Shown: positions 8,842 to 18,173 of the stretch, piece by piece
How the letters are laid out: the number at the start of each line of letters is the position of its first letter
How positions within the stretch are numbered: position 1 is the stretch's first letter
Assembly (NCBI GenBank): GCA_964491805.1
Contig: CAZBGU010000001.1
Location: forward strand, 1,446 to 65,445
Length of the DNA stretch: 64,000 nt
Source: an uncultured Candidatus Saccharibacteria bacterium
GTDB lineage: Bacteria > Patescibacteriota > Minisyncoccia > Phycocordibacterales > UBA5272
Direction of reading: 5' to 3'
Program-made: the position numbers and the translations under genes
The notes under the pieces: model-generated
The model's database searches: none
The model's input: only the letters and a program-made list of their open reading frames with translations
What the model was told of the DNA's origin: nothing

Positions 8842-10173
8842 TTGTGTATGAAATTTACCGTTATCGTAGGGATTATGATTATTCAGATAGTATCTGCGCA
8901 TGCATTAGTCATCAGTGAGGTAATGTCGAATCCCGTTGGCGATGATAGTGGAAGAGAATGGATTGAGGTATACAACAATAGTGACGTCGATGTTGATCTT
9001 TCACAGGTATCAATCTCAATTAAAGGAGGTAACTTTGCTGCTGTAAACCCCGTTTCTGGCGGCAATACTCTTACGGCTCATGGGTACGCCATTATAGGTT
9101 CGACGGTTTCTGGCACCACAAGGTTTATGTCAGACTACCCGACATTTTCAAAACCCCTTGCTAAGAGTGCGATTAGTTTGGTCAACACTGGAGTGACTTC
9201 GGTTGAGTTAAAACTCGGTGGAGTAACTGCTGATACAATTGCATCATACACAGCAGCGAAAGAAGGGACGACGTACTCGCTCCTTAACGGTTCATTTTCT
9301 GTTGGATTACCTACACCTGGAGAAGAAAATCAGATTGTTCCAGTCGAACAACCAGAAGCGACAACAACCCCGACAAGCTCACAAACAGGAATAGCGAAGA
9401 TGTCGTCACCGTCCGCGGATATTGTATTTTATCTTCCATCCGAAAAGACGGTTGTAGCAGGGGCTCCCTCAGTATTTTCTGTATCAAGTCTTACTCATGC
9501 AGGGAAAGCAATTGATGGCATGAATTATGTTTGGTCATTTGGTGATGGTGGTGAACGTACGGGAAGTTCTACCATATACCGATATTTTTATCCAGGCAGA
9601 TATATTGCTCAAGTTGAAGGAGCGAATGGTTTTATTGCAGGTATGGGAAGGATGAATGTTCGGGTAGTATCTCCTGATCTTCAGATGTCATCAATTAAAA
9701 TTGGGAAATATGGTTCATATATTGATATTGGTAATCAAAACATATACGATATCGATATATCTGGATGGAAGCTTGTTATTGATAATGTGCCGTACTCTTT
9801 CCCAAAGAATACAATCATCCAGAGCGGAGGGGAGACACATGTTTCAGGACAGGCTATGGGTTTTGCGAGTACAACAGTATCCTCAACGACGATTATAAAG
9901 TTACTCTTTCCGAGCATGGATGAAGTCATGCGTGTATATCAGGTTTCGAATAAGGATGGTGAACTGATACAAAAACCGACCAGCACAATAAGATTGATGC
10001 CTGCTATAGTTTCATCAGATATAGGAACTATAACTAAGAATAAAACCCCATACAAAGTGACAGCTCTAAAGGCTGTGGAAAAAGTTGTCACAACTTCATC
10101 AAGTAATATTGCATCTGTTAAGTCAAAAGATACGAGAATAGCTTCTTGGTTTAAGGGGTTGTTAGTAAAATAG
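8842..10173 (+). CDS. Secreted protein with lamin-tail domain (LTD) and PKD domain
   Basis: Signal/TM N-terminus. LTD signature 'VISEVMSNPVGDDSGREWIEVYNNSD'. PKD-like 'YVWSFGDGGERTGSSTIYRYFYPGRYIAQV'. Confidence 0.6.
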   Translation: MCMKFTVIVGIMIIQIVSAHALVISEVMSNPVGDDSGREWIEVYNNSDVDVDLSQVSISIKGGNFAAVNPVSGGNTLTAHGYAIIGSTVSGTTRFMSDYPTFSKPLAKSAISLVNTGVTSVELKLGGVTADTIASYTAAKEGTTYSLLNGSFSVGLPTPGEENQIVPVEQPEATTTPTSSQTGIAKMSSPSADIVFYLPSEKTVVAGAPSVFSVSSLTHAGKAIDGMNYVWSFGDGGERTGSSTIYRYFYPGRYIAQVEGANGFIAGMGRMNVRVVSPDLQMSSIKIGKYGSYIDIGNQNIYDIDISGWKLVIDNVPYSFPKNTIIQSGGETHVSGQAMGFASTTVSSTTIIKLLFPSMDEVMRVYQVSNKDGELIQKPTSTIRLMPAIVSSDIGTITKNKTPYKVTALKAVEKVVTTSSSNIASVKSKDTRIASWFKGLLVK

Positions 10174-10185
10174 GTCTCTGGTACG

Positions 10186-10554
10186 ATGTACACTATGTCG
10201 ATGCGCGATCTATTTGAAAATGTAAAGGGGGTTGGTATTGATATTGTCGATGTTAGTAGATTTTCTTCTCTTGGAGAAGACGAAAAGAAATCTTTTTTAA
10301 AAAAAGTGTTTTTTGAGTCAGAAATTGCATATTGTTCTTCCTATAAAAATGAAGACGTCCATTTTGCGGGTATGTTTGCACTTAAGGAGGCAGCAAGTAA
10401 GGCCCTAGGTATTGATCAGTTTCCGTTTGCAGAAATTGAAGTCAGACATGATACATCTGGCGCCCCTGTGGCGTGGTATAAGGGAAGTAAACTGAATCTA
10501 AAAGCATCGATTAGTCATACAAATACAATCGCAATTGCAATTGCTGTTGTATAG
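10186..10554 (+). CDS. acpS: Holo-[acyl-carrier-protein] synthase AcpS (4'-phosphopantetheinyl transferase)
   Basis: 'GVGIDIVDVSRF' N-terminal motif and AcpS-like size (122 aa). Confidence 0.8.
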   Translation: MYTMSMRDLFENVKGVGIDIVDVSRFSSLGEDEKKSFLKKVFFESEIAYCSSYKNEDVHFAGMFALKEAASKALGIDQFPFAEIEVRHDTSGAPVAWYKGSKLNLKASISHTNTIAIAIAVV

Positions 10555-10580
10555 TTTTCGTGGTATTCTTTCCGTGTACT

Positions 10581-11621
10581 ATGAAAAAATGTATTGTCCT
10601 TGATCTTGACAACACTCTTTGGGGTGGCGTAGTTGGAGAAGATGGAATTGACGGTATTTCTCTATCGTTGCAATCACCTGGAAACAGCTTCATTGCTTTC
10701 CAACAGGCACTCCTTGATTGTTACAACAGAGGAATAATTCTTGCGATCAATAGCAGGAACAACCCTGAAGATGCTTGGGAAGTAATCAGAAATCACCCAA
10801 ACCAGATTCTTAAGGAACATCATTTTGCTGCTGCGAGAATAAATTGGAATGATAAGGCAACTAATATTCGAGAACTTGCTAAGGAGTTGAACATTGGTCT
10901 TGACTCGATGGTTTTTTTTGATGACGATGCAACGAATAGAGAGCTTGTGAAAGCCCTTATTCCAGAAGTTACTGTTCCAGATCTACCTGAATCTCCAAAA
11001 GAGTATACAAAGTTTTTCAACTCTCTCCCATATTTTACTTCTGAAGTTATTACTGATGAAGATAAGATGAGAGGAAATTTGTATACAACGGAACGATTGC
11101 GAAAAGAAGAGGAAAAGCTACACGATTCAAAAGATTCTTTTCTGAGTAGTCTTTCTCTTGAGTTATTTATTTATAAGAATGATTCAACGTGTATTCCTCG
11201 TCTTTCACAGTTAACAGAAAAAACAAATCAATTTAACGTTCTTAAGAGACCGTTAACCGAACAAGAGGTTGCTTCATATATTATGGATAGTGCGTATGAT
11301 GTATACCATGGGAAACTTTCTGATTGTTTTGGTGACTATGGGGTTATTATTTTTGCGATAGTTAAAAAAGAAAAGAATACATGGAATATAGACTCCCTTC
11401 TTATGAGTTGTCGAGTATTTGGAAGAGGTGTTGAACAAGCTTTTTTGTATTTTATTCTTGCGGAAGCAAGAAAAGTTGGTGTTAGTAAAGTTTCTATCTC
11501 GTTCTCTCCTTCAGAAAAAAATAGACCAGCGCAAGAATTTATTGATACTTTTTTTGACTCTTCTAGAAATGCCAAACATTCAGTACAGCAGCCAGGGTGG
11601 ATTCGTGTCGTGCAACTATAA
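10581..11621 (+). CDS. HAD-superfamily IIIC / FkbH-like loading enzyme (HAD phosphatase plus C-terminal GNAT-like domain)
   Basis: HAD motif I 'IVLDLDNTLWGG'. Family architecture as in FkbH/OzmB/ZmaN. C-terminal 'LLMSCRVFGRGVEQAF' GNAT-like region. Confidence 0.6.
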   Translation: MKKCIVLDLDNTLWGGVVGEDGIDGISLSLQSPGNSFIAFQQALLDCYNRGIILAINSRNNPEDAWEVIRNHPNQILKEHHFAAARINWNDKATNIRELAKELNIGLDSMVFFDDDATNRELVKALIPEVTVPDLPESPKEYTKFFNSLPYFTSEVITDEDKMRGNLYTTERLRKEEEKLHDSKDSFLSSLSLELFIYKNDSTCIPRLSQLTEKTNQFNVLKRPLTEQEVASYIMDSAYDVYHGKLSDCFGDYGVIIFAIVKKEKNTWNIDSLLMSCRVFGRGVEQAFLYFILAEARKVGVSKVSISFSPSEKNRPAQEFIDTFFDSSRNAKHSVQQPGWIRVVQL

Positions 11622-11628
11622 AACTGCC

Positions 11629-12564
11629 ATGCTCTCCTCTTTTAAAGTCAGTCATCCGGTGTTTTTCAGGACATGTTCCGTCTTGGAAAAAACTATTTTT
11701 TATAAAAATATAGAGTCCCTCATTAAGACGGTACCGATCAATACAGATCTTGCCGAATCATTATGTTGTGATGCTCTTAAGATGTGTGACAACAATTGGG
11801 ACTTATATGAGAATAAACTCGAGTCTCTTCTGTCAATGAATATCGAGTTTCTTAAGTTGCAAGCCCTCCTTGAAAAAGATAAGAGATATCTCTATTCTTC
11901 TTTTGCTGAGGTAGAGAAACATGTTTTTAAAAAAAAGCAAGAAGGAAATGAGTCAGGTGTCGATTATCTATGGGGGCTTTATTTTACTCAAATTTTTTGG
12001 GTTACGCATCATAATGTTTTTAATTTTTTTTTGGATTCATTTGTGGCCACCTCAGAAAAACAAGGTCTTTGTCTTGATGTCCCATCGGGATCAGGTATGT
12101 TTCTTGCTCAGTTTCTCCAAGCTAATTCCTTGTGGACAGGGGCGGCGGTTGATTTAAGCGATTCATCTATATCTCTTACAAAAAAACTTTTTTCTGCAAA
12201 AGACCTTCTCCACAGGGTTTCCATTGAGAAAAAGGATTTTTTTGATTATGGTGATGGTGCCAAATTCGACAGGATTATCTGTACTGAGTTTTTAGAACAT
12301 GTTGAAAATCCTCTTTCTGTGTTAAAAAAGTTACATGAACTTTTAGCTCCAGCAGGAGAGCTTTTTTTGACAACAGTAGTGTGGGCAGCGTTCACTGATC
12401 ATATTTTTCTTTATAGAAATGCAGAAGAAATAAGGAGACACATACACGCTAGTGGTTTTAGAATAAAAAAAGAATTAGTCCAGGTTATATTTGAAAAAGA
12501 TAAAGGTAAAGAAACAGAGAGTGACATAGCGCTCAATTATGCGGTATTATTAACTAAATTATAA
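11629..12564 (+). CDS. Class I SAM-dependent methyltransferase
   Basis: Motif I 'LDVPSGSGMF' and motif 'FDRIICTEFLEH'. Start placed at the first ATG after the upstream stop (11629). Confidence 0.6.
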   Translation: MLSSFKVSHPVFFRTCSVLEKTIFYKNIESLIKTVPINTDLAESLCCDALKMCDNNWDLYENKLESLLSMNIEFLKLQALLEKDKRYLYSSFAEVEKHVFKKKQEGNESGVDYLWGLYFTQIFWVTHHNVFNFFLDSFVATSEKQGLCLDVPSGSGMFLAQFLQANSLWTGAAVDLSDSSISLTKKLFSAKDLLHRVSIEKKDFFDYGDGAKFDRIICTEFLEHVENPLSVLKKLHELLAPAGELFLTTVVWAAFTDHIFLYRNAEEIRRHIHASGFRIKKELVQVIFEKDKGKETESDIALNYAVLLTKL

Positions 12565-12574
12565 AAATACAAAT

Positions 12575-12799
12575 ATGAAAACATTTAATCAAATTGCAGA
12601 AGATATTCTTAAGATAGAGAAGGGAAAAGTGGAAGATAGTCTAACCCCAAAAGATGTTCCAGAATGGGACTCCATGAATTATCTTCTTTTTATTGCTGAA
12701 TTAGAAAAAGAATACAATTTTTCATTTTCAATGGATGAGGTCCTTAATGCAAAATCACTTGGCGATATTCATAACATAGTTGAAGCTAGGAAGAAATAA
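12575..12799 (+). CDS. Dedicated acyl/peptidyl carrier protein (74 aa)
   Basis: 'PEWDSMNYLLFIAELEKEY' is a carrier-protein helix-II region with the Ser of a DSx motif. RBS-like spacing. Confidence 0.6.
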   Translation: MKTFNQIAEDILKIEKGKVEDSLTPKDVPEWDSMNYLLFIAELEKEYNFSFSMDEVLNAKSLGDIHNIVEARKK

Positions 12800-12800
12800 A

Positions 12801-13217
12801 ATGGAACTAAAAGACTTCTTATGGGAAGAAATAAAGATAGGTGACACTGCTTCTTTTTCCAAACAGTGGAAACAGACGGACGTTGAAGTTTTTGCTGAAC
12901 TTAGCGGTGATCACAATCCCCTACATCTTGATAGGATGTATGCTGCAACAACAAAGTTTGGTGCTCCTATTGTTCACGGTATGCTTATCGCTGCGCTTGG
13001 TTCGCAACTAGTTGGTATGTACCTACCGGGGAAACGATGTCTTTTATTGAAAAATGAAATTACTTTTAAGAAACCAGTTTACATAGATGATGTAATTACT
13101 GTTAGTGGTATTGTTGAAACAAAAAGCGATTCAACGAAAGTACTTTCAATTGGTCTTTCTTTTCATAATAAGACTGACCTTGTTGCAGAAGGTAAGATGC
13201 TTACCACTGTCTTGTAG
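12801..13217 (+). CDS. MaoC-like (hotdog-fold) dehydratase
   Basis: 'FAELSGDHNPLHLD...APIVHGML' is the MaoC/R-hydratase motif. Confidence 0.7.
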   Translation: MELKDFLWEEIKIGDTASFSKQWKQTDVEVFAELSGDHNPLHLDRMYAATTKFGAPIVHGMLIAALGSQLVGMYLPGKRCLLLKNEITFKKPVYIDDVITVSGIVETKSDSTKVLSIGLSFHNKTDLVAEGKMLTTVL

Positions 13218-13221
13218 TTGT

Positions 13222-13974
13222 ATGATAGAAAATGAAAAAAAAGTTATTATAGTTGCTGGAGCCATGGGGTATATTGGTAAAGCTGTCGTTCGGGAACTAG
13301 ATAAACAAAATAGTATTGTTGCGCTTATCTATTGTAAATCACCTGTACACGAAGTGAAAGAGTTCATGGGTGAGCTGCAAAATGCTAACCACAGAGCATA
13401 TCAGTGTGATATTTCTTGCGAAGAAGATGTCCGTGTAGTTTTCTCAACTATTGAGAATGAGTTAGGGCCATTAAGTTGTATCATTGACGCATCAGGGCAT
13501 CCTCCTGTTCGAAAGAAAATCATCGATGTATCTTTTGATGAAGTTAAAAATTATATAGAGACATCTTTCCATTCGAGCTACGTTTTTTTAACTGAGTCCG
13601 CAAAATTTTTAAAAGAAAAAAAATCAGGAACTATTATTGGTGTTACAACGGTAGGGGTACTAAAAACAGAAGCAGTAAAGTCAATGGGGGCATATATTCT
13701 AGCTAAGTACGCAATGCAAGGATTATTAGCACTTCTCCATGAAGAGCTTAGTATGTATGGGGTACGAGTATTCTCTGTAGCCCCTGGATTTCTTTATGGA
13801 GGAATGAACAGTTCGCTCCCAAAGGCATTTTTTGATATTTTTTTATCTAAAACTGAAACAAAAAAAATGACAGCAGTAGAAGATGTTGCAACTACAATTT
13901 GTAATTTATGCAAAGAGAAAGAAACTAGAGGTGCTTTTACGGTTCCAGTGGCTCATGAATATAAATCCTTGTAA
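13222..13974 (+). CDS. Short-chain dehydrogenase/reductase (SDR family)
   Basis: 'VIIVAGAMGYIGKAVV' Rossmann GxxGxxG, 'YILAKYAMQG' YxxxK. Confidence 0.65.
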   Translation: MIENEKKVIIVAGAMGYIGKAVVRELDKQNSIVALIYCKSPVHEVKEFMGELQNANHRAYQCDISCEEDVRVVFSTIENELGPLSCIIDASGHPPVRKKIIDVSFDEVKNYIETSFHSSYVFLTESAKFLKEKKSGTIIGVTTVGVLKTEAVKSMGAYILAKYAMQGLLALLHEELSMYGVRVFSVAPGFLYGGMNSSLPKAFFDIFLSKTETKKMTAVEDVATTICNLCKEKETRGAFTVPVAHEYKSL

Positions 13975-13979
13975 ATAGT

Positions 13980-15437
13980 ATGCTTTTCAATTCTTTGTCC
14001 TTTCTATTGTTCTTCCCAGTCGTATTTTTTTTGTACTTTCTTGTACCTTCCAAATTCAAAAGATGGTTATTAATTGTGGCAAGTTGTTACTTTTATATGT
14101 CTTTTGTTCCTGAATATATCTTAATTTTATTTTTTTTAATTACTTTAGATTTTTTTCTTGCCCAGTATTTATATAAACAAGATGGATGGAGGAGACGCAT
14201 GCTGCTAACGGTAAGTGTTGTTGCCAACATCGGAATGCTTTTCATTTTCAAGTATTTCAATTTTTTTAATGAAAATATAGCTACCCTTGCTCAATATCTA
14301 CATTATTCGTATACACCACTACTCCTCCATCTTGTTCTTCCTCTTGGACTCTCCTTTCATATTTTTCAAGGACTTGGCTACGTTATTGAAGTCTATAAAA
14401 GAAAGCAGGAACCTGAGAAGTCTTTTTCTGTATATACATTATATGTTTTATTTTTTCCACAAATGGTTGCCGGCCCGATCGAAAGACCTCAGCACTTTCT
14501 ACCTCAGCTTCACAAGACGATTAATTTTGATGTTAACCTAGCACGAAAAGGCCTTGAACGAATGTTGTGGGGGTTTTTCAAAAAAATGGCAATTGCAGAC
14601 CAGATCGCTCAAGTTATTAATCCTCTGTATCTAGATTTACCAAAGGAAAACTTCTCACTCTTGCTTATTGCAATTTTATTTACATACCAAATTTACTGTG
14701 ACTTTTCTGGATATTCTGATATTGCCATTGGAGCTGCAATGATGCTTGGGTTTAATCTTACAGAGAACTTTAATAGACCTTTTGCAGCAAGAACAGTTGC
14801 TGACTTTTGGAGAAGATGGCACATCTCACTCTCTTCATGGGTAAGAGACTATCTATATTTTCCACTTGTACTTGGCTCGGGCAGGGTGTCGAAATTTAAA
14901 ATGTATTATGCTCTACTTTTCACATTTCTTGCTATTGGTTTATGGCATGGGGCAAACTGGACATTTATTGTCTTCGGACTTCTCCATGGTGTCTATATAG
15001 TTGTAGAATCTTATACCGAAGGATTTCGAAAAGTAATATCTAATTTATTTTTAGCGAGATATTTCCCGGGTGTGTACCAAGCAGTTCAAACTGTCATTGT
15101 TTTTTCTTTTGTTGCTTTTACGTGTATTTTTTTTAGATCGGAGTCAGTTGGAGACGCGCTGTTTTTTATCAGCAAGATGACTACTTTTGAGCATGATTCT
15201 ACTTTTTTTACTTTGCACGATTTTACTAAACATACCGGCAATACTGTGTTTTATTCAATACTTCTCAACATTATAATTGTTGAGATAGCTCAATATGTAA
15301 TGGAAAAGAAAAAAAGTTTTTACATCTTTGACTCTTTAACTAAAGGTTTAAGGTTTTCTTGGTATTACTATATTATCGCTACGATTATCTTGTTCGGCTA
15401 TTTTGGTAATCAGTCATTTATTTATTTTCAGTTCTAA
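13980..15437 (+). CDS. MBOAT-family membrane-bound O-acyltransferase (DltB/AlgI/PatA-like)
   Basis: Multi-TM. Invariant-His motif 'FWRRWHISLSSWVRDYLYFPL'. Confidence 0.85.
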   Translation: MLFNSLSFLLFFPVVFFLYFLVPSKFKRWLLIVASCYFYMSFVPEYILILFFLITLDFFLAQYLYKQDGWRRRMLLTVSVVANIGMLFIFKYFNFFNENIATLAQYLHYSYTPLLLHLVLPLGLSFHIFQGLGYVIEVYKRKQEPEKSFSVYTLYVLFFPQMVAGPIERPQHFLPQLHKTINFDVNLARKGLERMLWGFFKKMAIADQIAQVINPLYLDLPKENFSLLLIAILFTYQIYCDFSGYSDIAIGAAMMLGFNLTENFNRPFAARTVADFWRRWHISLSSWVRDYLYFPLVLGSGRVSKFKMYYALLFTFLAIGLWHGANWTFIVFGLLHGVYIVVESYTEGFRKVISNLFLARYFPGVYQAVQTVIVFSFVAFTCIFFRSESVGDALFFISKMTTFEHDSTFFTLHDFTKHTGNTVFYSILLNIIIVEIAQYVMEKKKSFYIFDSLTKGLRFSWYYYIIATIILFGYFGNQSFIYFQF

Positions 15438-15440
15438 ACC

Positions 15441-16553
15441 ATGAAACTTTTTCTAAGTAAATTAAGTATATTTGTACTACCGATATCTATACTGTTCATT
15501 TTTCCAGTATTTGTCGTGACCTACGGAAGGGAATATGTTTCGTACAAGGATGTAGTCATAAGACAAGAGAAAGATCCAAGTATTCTTTTTGGTTTTGCAT
15601 ACAATGGAGTATCTTTCTATCCTTATAAAGAGTTTTTGACAAAAAGAAAAAGAGCGCAGGTTGTTGCCTTAGGAACATCTCGGGTTATGCAGATTAGGAA
15701 AGAGTTTTTTATTGCTGGCACAACATTCGTTAATGCGGGCGGTGCGGGCAAGAGTGTAGCTGCTATGAAATCGTTTATTGAAAGTTTGCCTGACGATGGT
15801 TCTGTTAAGGTCGTTCTACTTGGTTTAGATGTAGATGTTATTTCTGGAGAAAAAGGGGTACCAGAAAGTATTGGTGAAGATATCCTACCGCTTCGTTTTT
15901 CTGAGATTGTAGTTACTATGTCACGTAGAATATATCTTGATTATATTTCTCATAAGTACACCTTAGGCGAAATCATACACGCCAACAGTAATTCTTCGTC
16001 GATAGGTATATCCGCACTGCTTCATGATGATGGTTTTCGTGGTGATGGTAGTTATAAGTATGGAGTAGCAATGAAGAATCTTTCTCGTGCTACCGATATC
16101 CGAGAACAGATAGCTGCACACGCAAAGGACATCAGTAACTCTTCTTATAATCTTGAAACAAAGAAAAAAAATATAGAAAAGAATCTAGCGGCGATTGATG
16201 AATTGATATCTATTGCTAAGAAAAAAAATATTGAAATAATTGGTTTTATTCCACCATATCCGACACCTGTTCATGACGCTCTAACGTCTAATGGTGATCT
16301 CATTGGATACACATCACAAAGCCTGAGCGATCTTTTTGTTCGACGCCAGCTCTCGTACTTTGATGTATCGTCTATAACGACTTTTGGTGGAAAAGAGACG
16401 GAGTTTGTCGACTTTAATCACGGTACTGATGTTTTGTATTTGCGTATGATGATGTATATGGCTGACCGTTCTGAGAGCCTTTCAAAACTGACTAATATTA
16501 ATTTACTTAAGGCAATTCTCAAAAAATCTCAAAGTGATTTTCTTGATTTTTGA
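15441..16553 (+). CDS. Membrane-anchored periplasmic-type protein, possible DltD/AlgJ-like partner of the MBOAT
   Basis: N-terminal TM anchor, 4 nt after the MBOAT stop. Weak similarity only ('ALGTSRVM'). Confidence 0.3.
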   Translation: MKLFLSKLSIFVLPISILFIFPVFVVTYGREYVSYKDVVIRQEKDPSILFGFAYNGVSFYPYKEFLTKRKRAQVVALGTSRVMQIRKEFFIAGTTFVNAGGAGKSVAAMKSFIESLPDDGSVKVVLLGLDVDVISGEKGVPESIGEDILPLRFSEIVVTMSRRIYLDYISHKYTLGEIIHANSNSSSIGISALLHDDGFRGDGSYKYGVAMKNLSRATDIREQIAAHAKDISNSSYNLETKKKNIEKNLAAIDELISIAKKKNIEIIGFIPPYPTPVHDALTSNGDLIGYTSQSLSDLFVRRQLSYFDVSSITTFGGKETEFVDFNHGTDVLYLRMMMYMADRSESLSKLTNINLLKAILKKSQSDFLDF

Positions 16554-16615
16554 ATATGATTTTGTTTGGTAGAGACCTCGGTATGTCTGTGGTACAATGA
16601 TGTCACAGACAGAGA

Positions 16616-17428
16616 ATGCCAAGTTATACTAATTCACATTTTATTGTTAGGTTTTTAAAGTTCTTCGGAAGAAATATCTTCAGAAACCTTCCTTTTCTTG
16701 TTGGATACTCGGTTCTCTATTGTAGAAAAGACGTTGCAATAAAAATTAACGAGTATTCATTTGAGGAGGTTTCAGAACTAATACGGCAAGGAAAGTCTTT
16801 AATTCGTTTTGGGGACGGTGAAGTTCATATTATGAACTTTGGGTCCATTCATTACGAGAATTTCAGCAATAGACTTAGATCTATTTTTATGGATATTGTC
16901 AGAGGTTATACATCATCAAGTCCATATGCGCTTGGACTAAATGCTTGGGCTCTTGAAAAGAAGAATTCAGAGCTAAGAGCAAAAGGGCAGCTTTATTGCT
17001 GGCTTCCACTTAAAGTCCAGTATCTTTTTACATTTCCAAAAAATGTAAAGTATTTCGACGCGTCACTTTTTTATCGAAAAAATATTTTTGAACAGTATGT
17101 CCTACCTTGCATACAGAATAAACATATTATTTTGATCTCAAAGAAGGGTAGCTGTGATCATGTAAAGGCGAATAACTTTTTTGAGTCGATCTCTTATGTC
17201 GTCACTCCTGATTTTCACTCGTTTACGAAATTCGATGAGATTTGTAAGGAAGTTGACAATGTCCTTGGTGGTTTGTCACATAGAGATGTAGTGCTTCTTG
17301 TATCATGCGGTCCGGCATCTAAGGCAATTTGTTATCGGTACGCCATGTCTGGTGTGCAGTCTATTGATGTAGGTAGGGGTCTAGAGCTTGTAGGAACAGA
17401 TGAGAGTCTTGAGTTTATGTTATTGTAA
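16616..17428 (+). CDS. Putative DUF1792/GT-D-like glycosyltransferase (paralog A)
   Basis: 'LIRFGDGEVHIM', 'SSSPYALGL'. 270 aa. Paralog of 24539..25351. Confidence 0.35.
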   Translation: MPSYTNSHFIVRFLKFFGRNIFRNLPFLVGYSVLYCRKDVAIKINEYSFEEVSELIRQGKSLIRFGDGEVHIMNFGSIHYENFSNRLRSIFMDIVRGYTSSSPYALGLNAWALEKKNSELRAKGQLYCWLPLKVQYLFTFPKNVKYFDASLFYRKNIFEQYVLPCIQNKHIILISKKGSCDHVKANNFFESISYVVTPDFHSFTKFDEICKEVDNVLGGLSHRDVVLLVSCGPASKAICYRYAMSGVQSIDVGRGLELVGTDESLEFMLL

Positions 17429-17452
17429 TTTTATAATGAACAGCGCGCTTGT

Positions 17453-18166
17453 ATGATACCAAAAAAAATTCACTATATCTGGCTTGGAAGAAACAAAAAG
17501 CCGTCTAACTTCAAAGATGTTTTTGCGAGTTGGGGGAAATTTGCCGGTGATTATGAATTGAAAGAATGGAATGAAGATACATGTAAGGAATTCGAGTTGC
17601 CAAAGATTTTTTATACATTTCTTCAACTGAAAAAATACGCATTTGCATCCGACGTTCTCAGGTTTTATATTTTAAAAAAGTATGGTGGCTTTTATATAGA
17701 CATTGACCAGCTACTGCTTAAAAAGCTTGATGACTTTCTTGATAAGGAACTTGTTTTTTGTAAGTACCATAGTAGGAATGATTACTATGGTTTTGGTTTG
17801 TTTGGTGCATGTGAGGGTAATTATTTTATCGAAAAGATGTGCACGTTTTTTGAGTCAGACAATGAGTATAGTTCAGGAAAGCAGTTTTTTATTATTAATG
17901 TTGTAGGCTCGAAGATGTTAAATGAACTTATTCAAAACGAGCATCTTCCTGTAACTATTTTGGAACAGGAATATTTTCATCCGGAGATAGAAAATAAGTG
18001 GACTGACCATACATATGCACACCACTTATCTAATACTTCATGGGTTGTGTGGTATAAAAAGCTTTTGTACAAGATTCCATATTATTCTTTTTTTAAAAAA
18101 ATAATTATGAAGATTCTTCCAAAAAGTATCAAAAGAAAAATTGGTTTTGATATTACGTATAAATAA
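17453..18166 (+). CDS. GT32-like glycosyltransferase (DXD sugar-binding region)
   Basis: 'KKIHYIWLGRNKKP', 'YIDIDQLL' DxD. Confidence 0.55.
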   Translation: MIPKKIHYIWLGRNKKPSNFKDVFASWGKFAGDYELKEWNEDTCKEFELPKIFYTFLQLKKYAFASDVLRFYILKKYGGFYIDIDQLLLKKLDDFLDKELVFCKYHSRNDYYGFGLFGACEGNYFIEKMCTFFESDNEYSSGKQFFIINVVGSKMLNELIQNEHLPVTILEQEYFHPEIENKWTDHTYAHHLSNTSWVVWYKKLLYKIPYYSFFKKIIMKILPKSIKRKIGFDITYK

Positions 18167-18173
18167 GATTACA

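Noticed and set aside
11419-11628. The six-frame track starts the methyltransferase ORF at 11419, overlapping the FkbH-like gene by ~200 nt.
   Set aside because: The overlap region has no motif content. The first ATG after the upstream stop (11629) gives a normal 312-aa methyltransferase.
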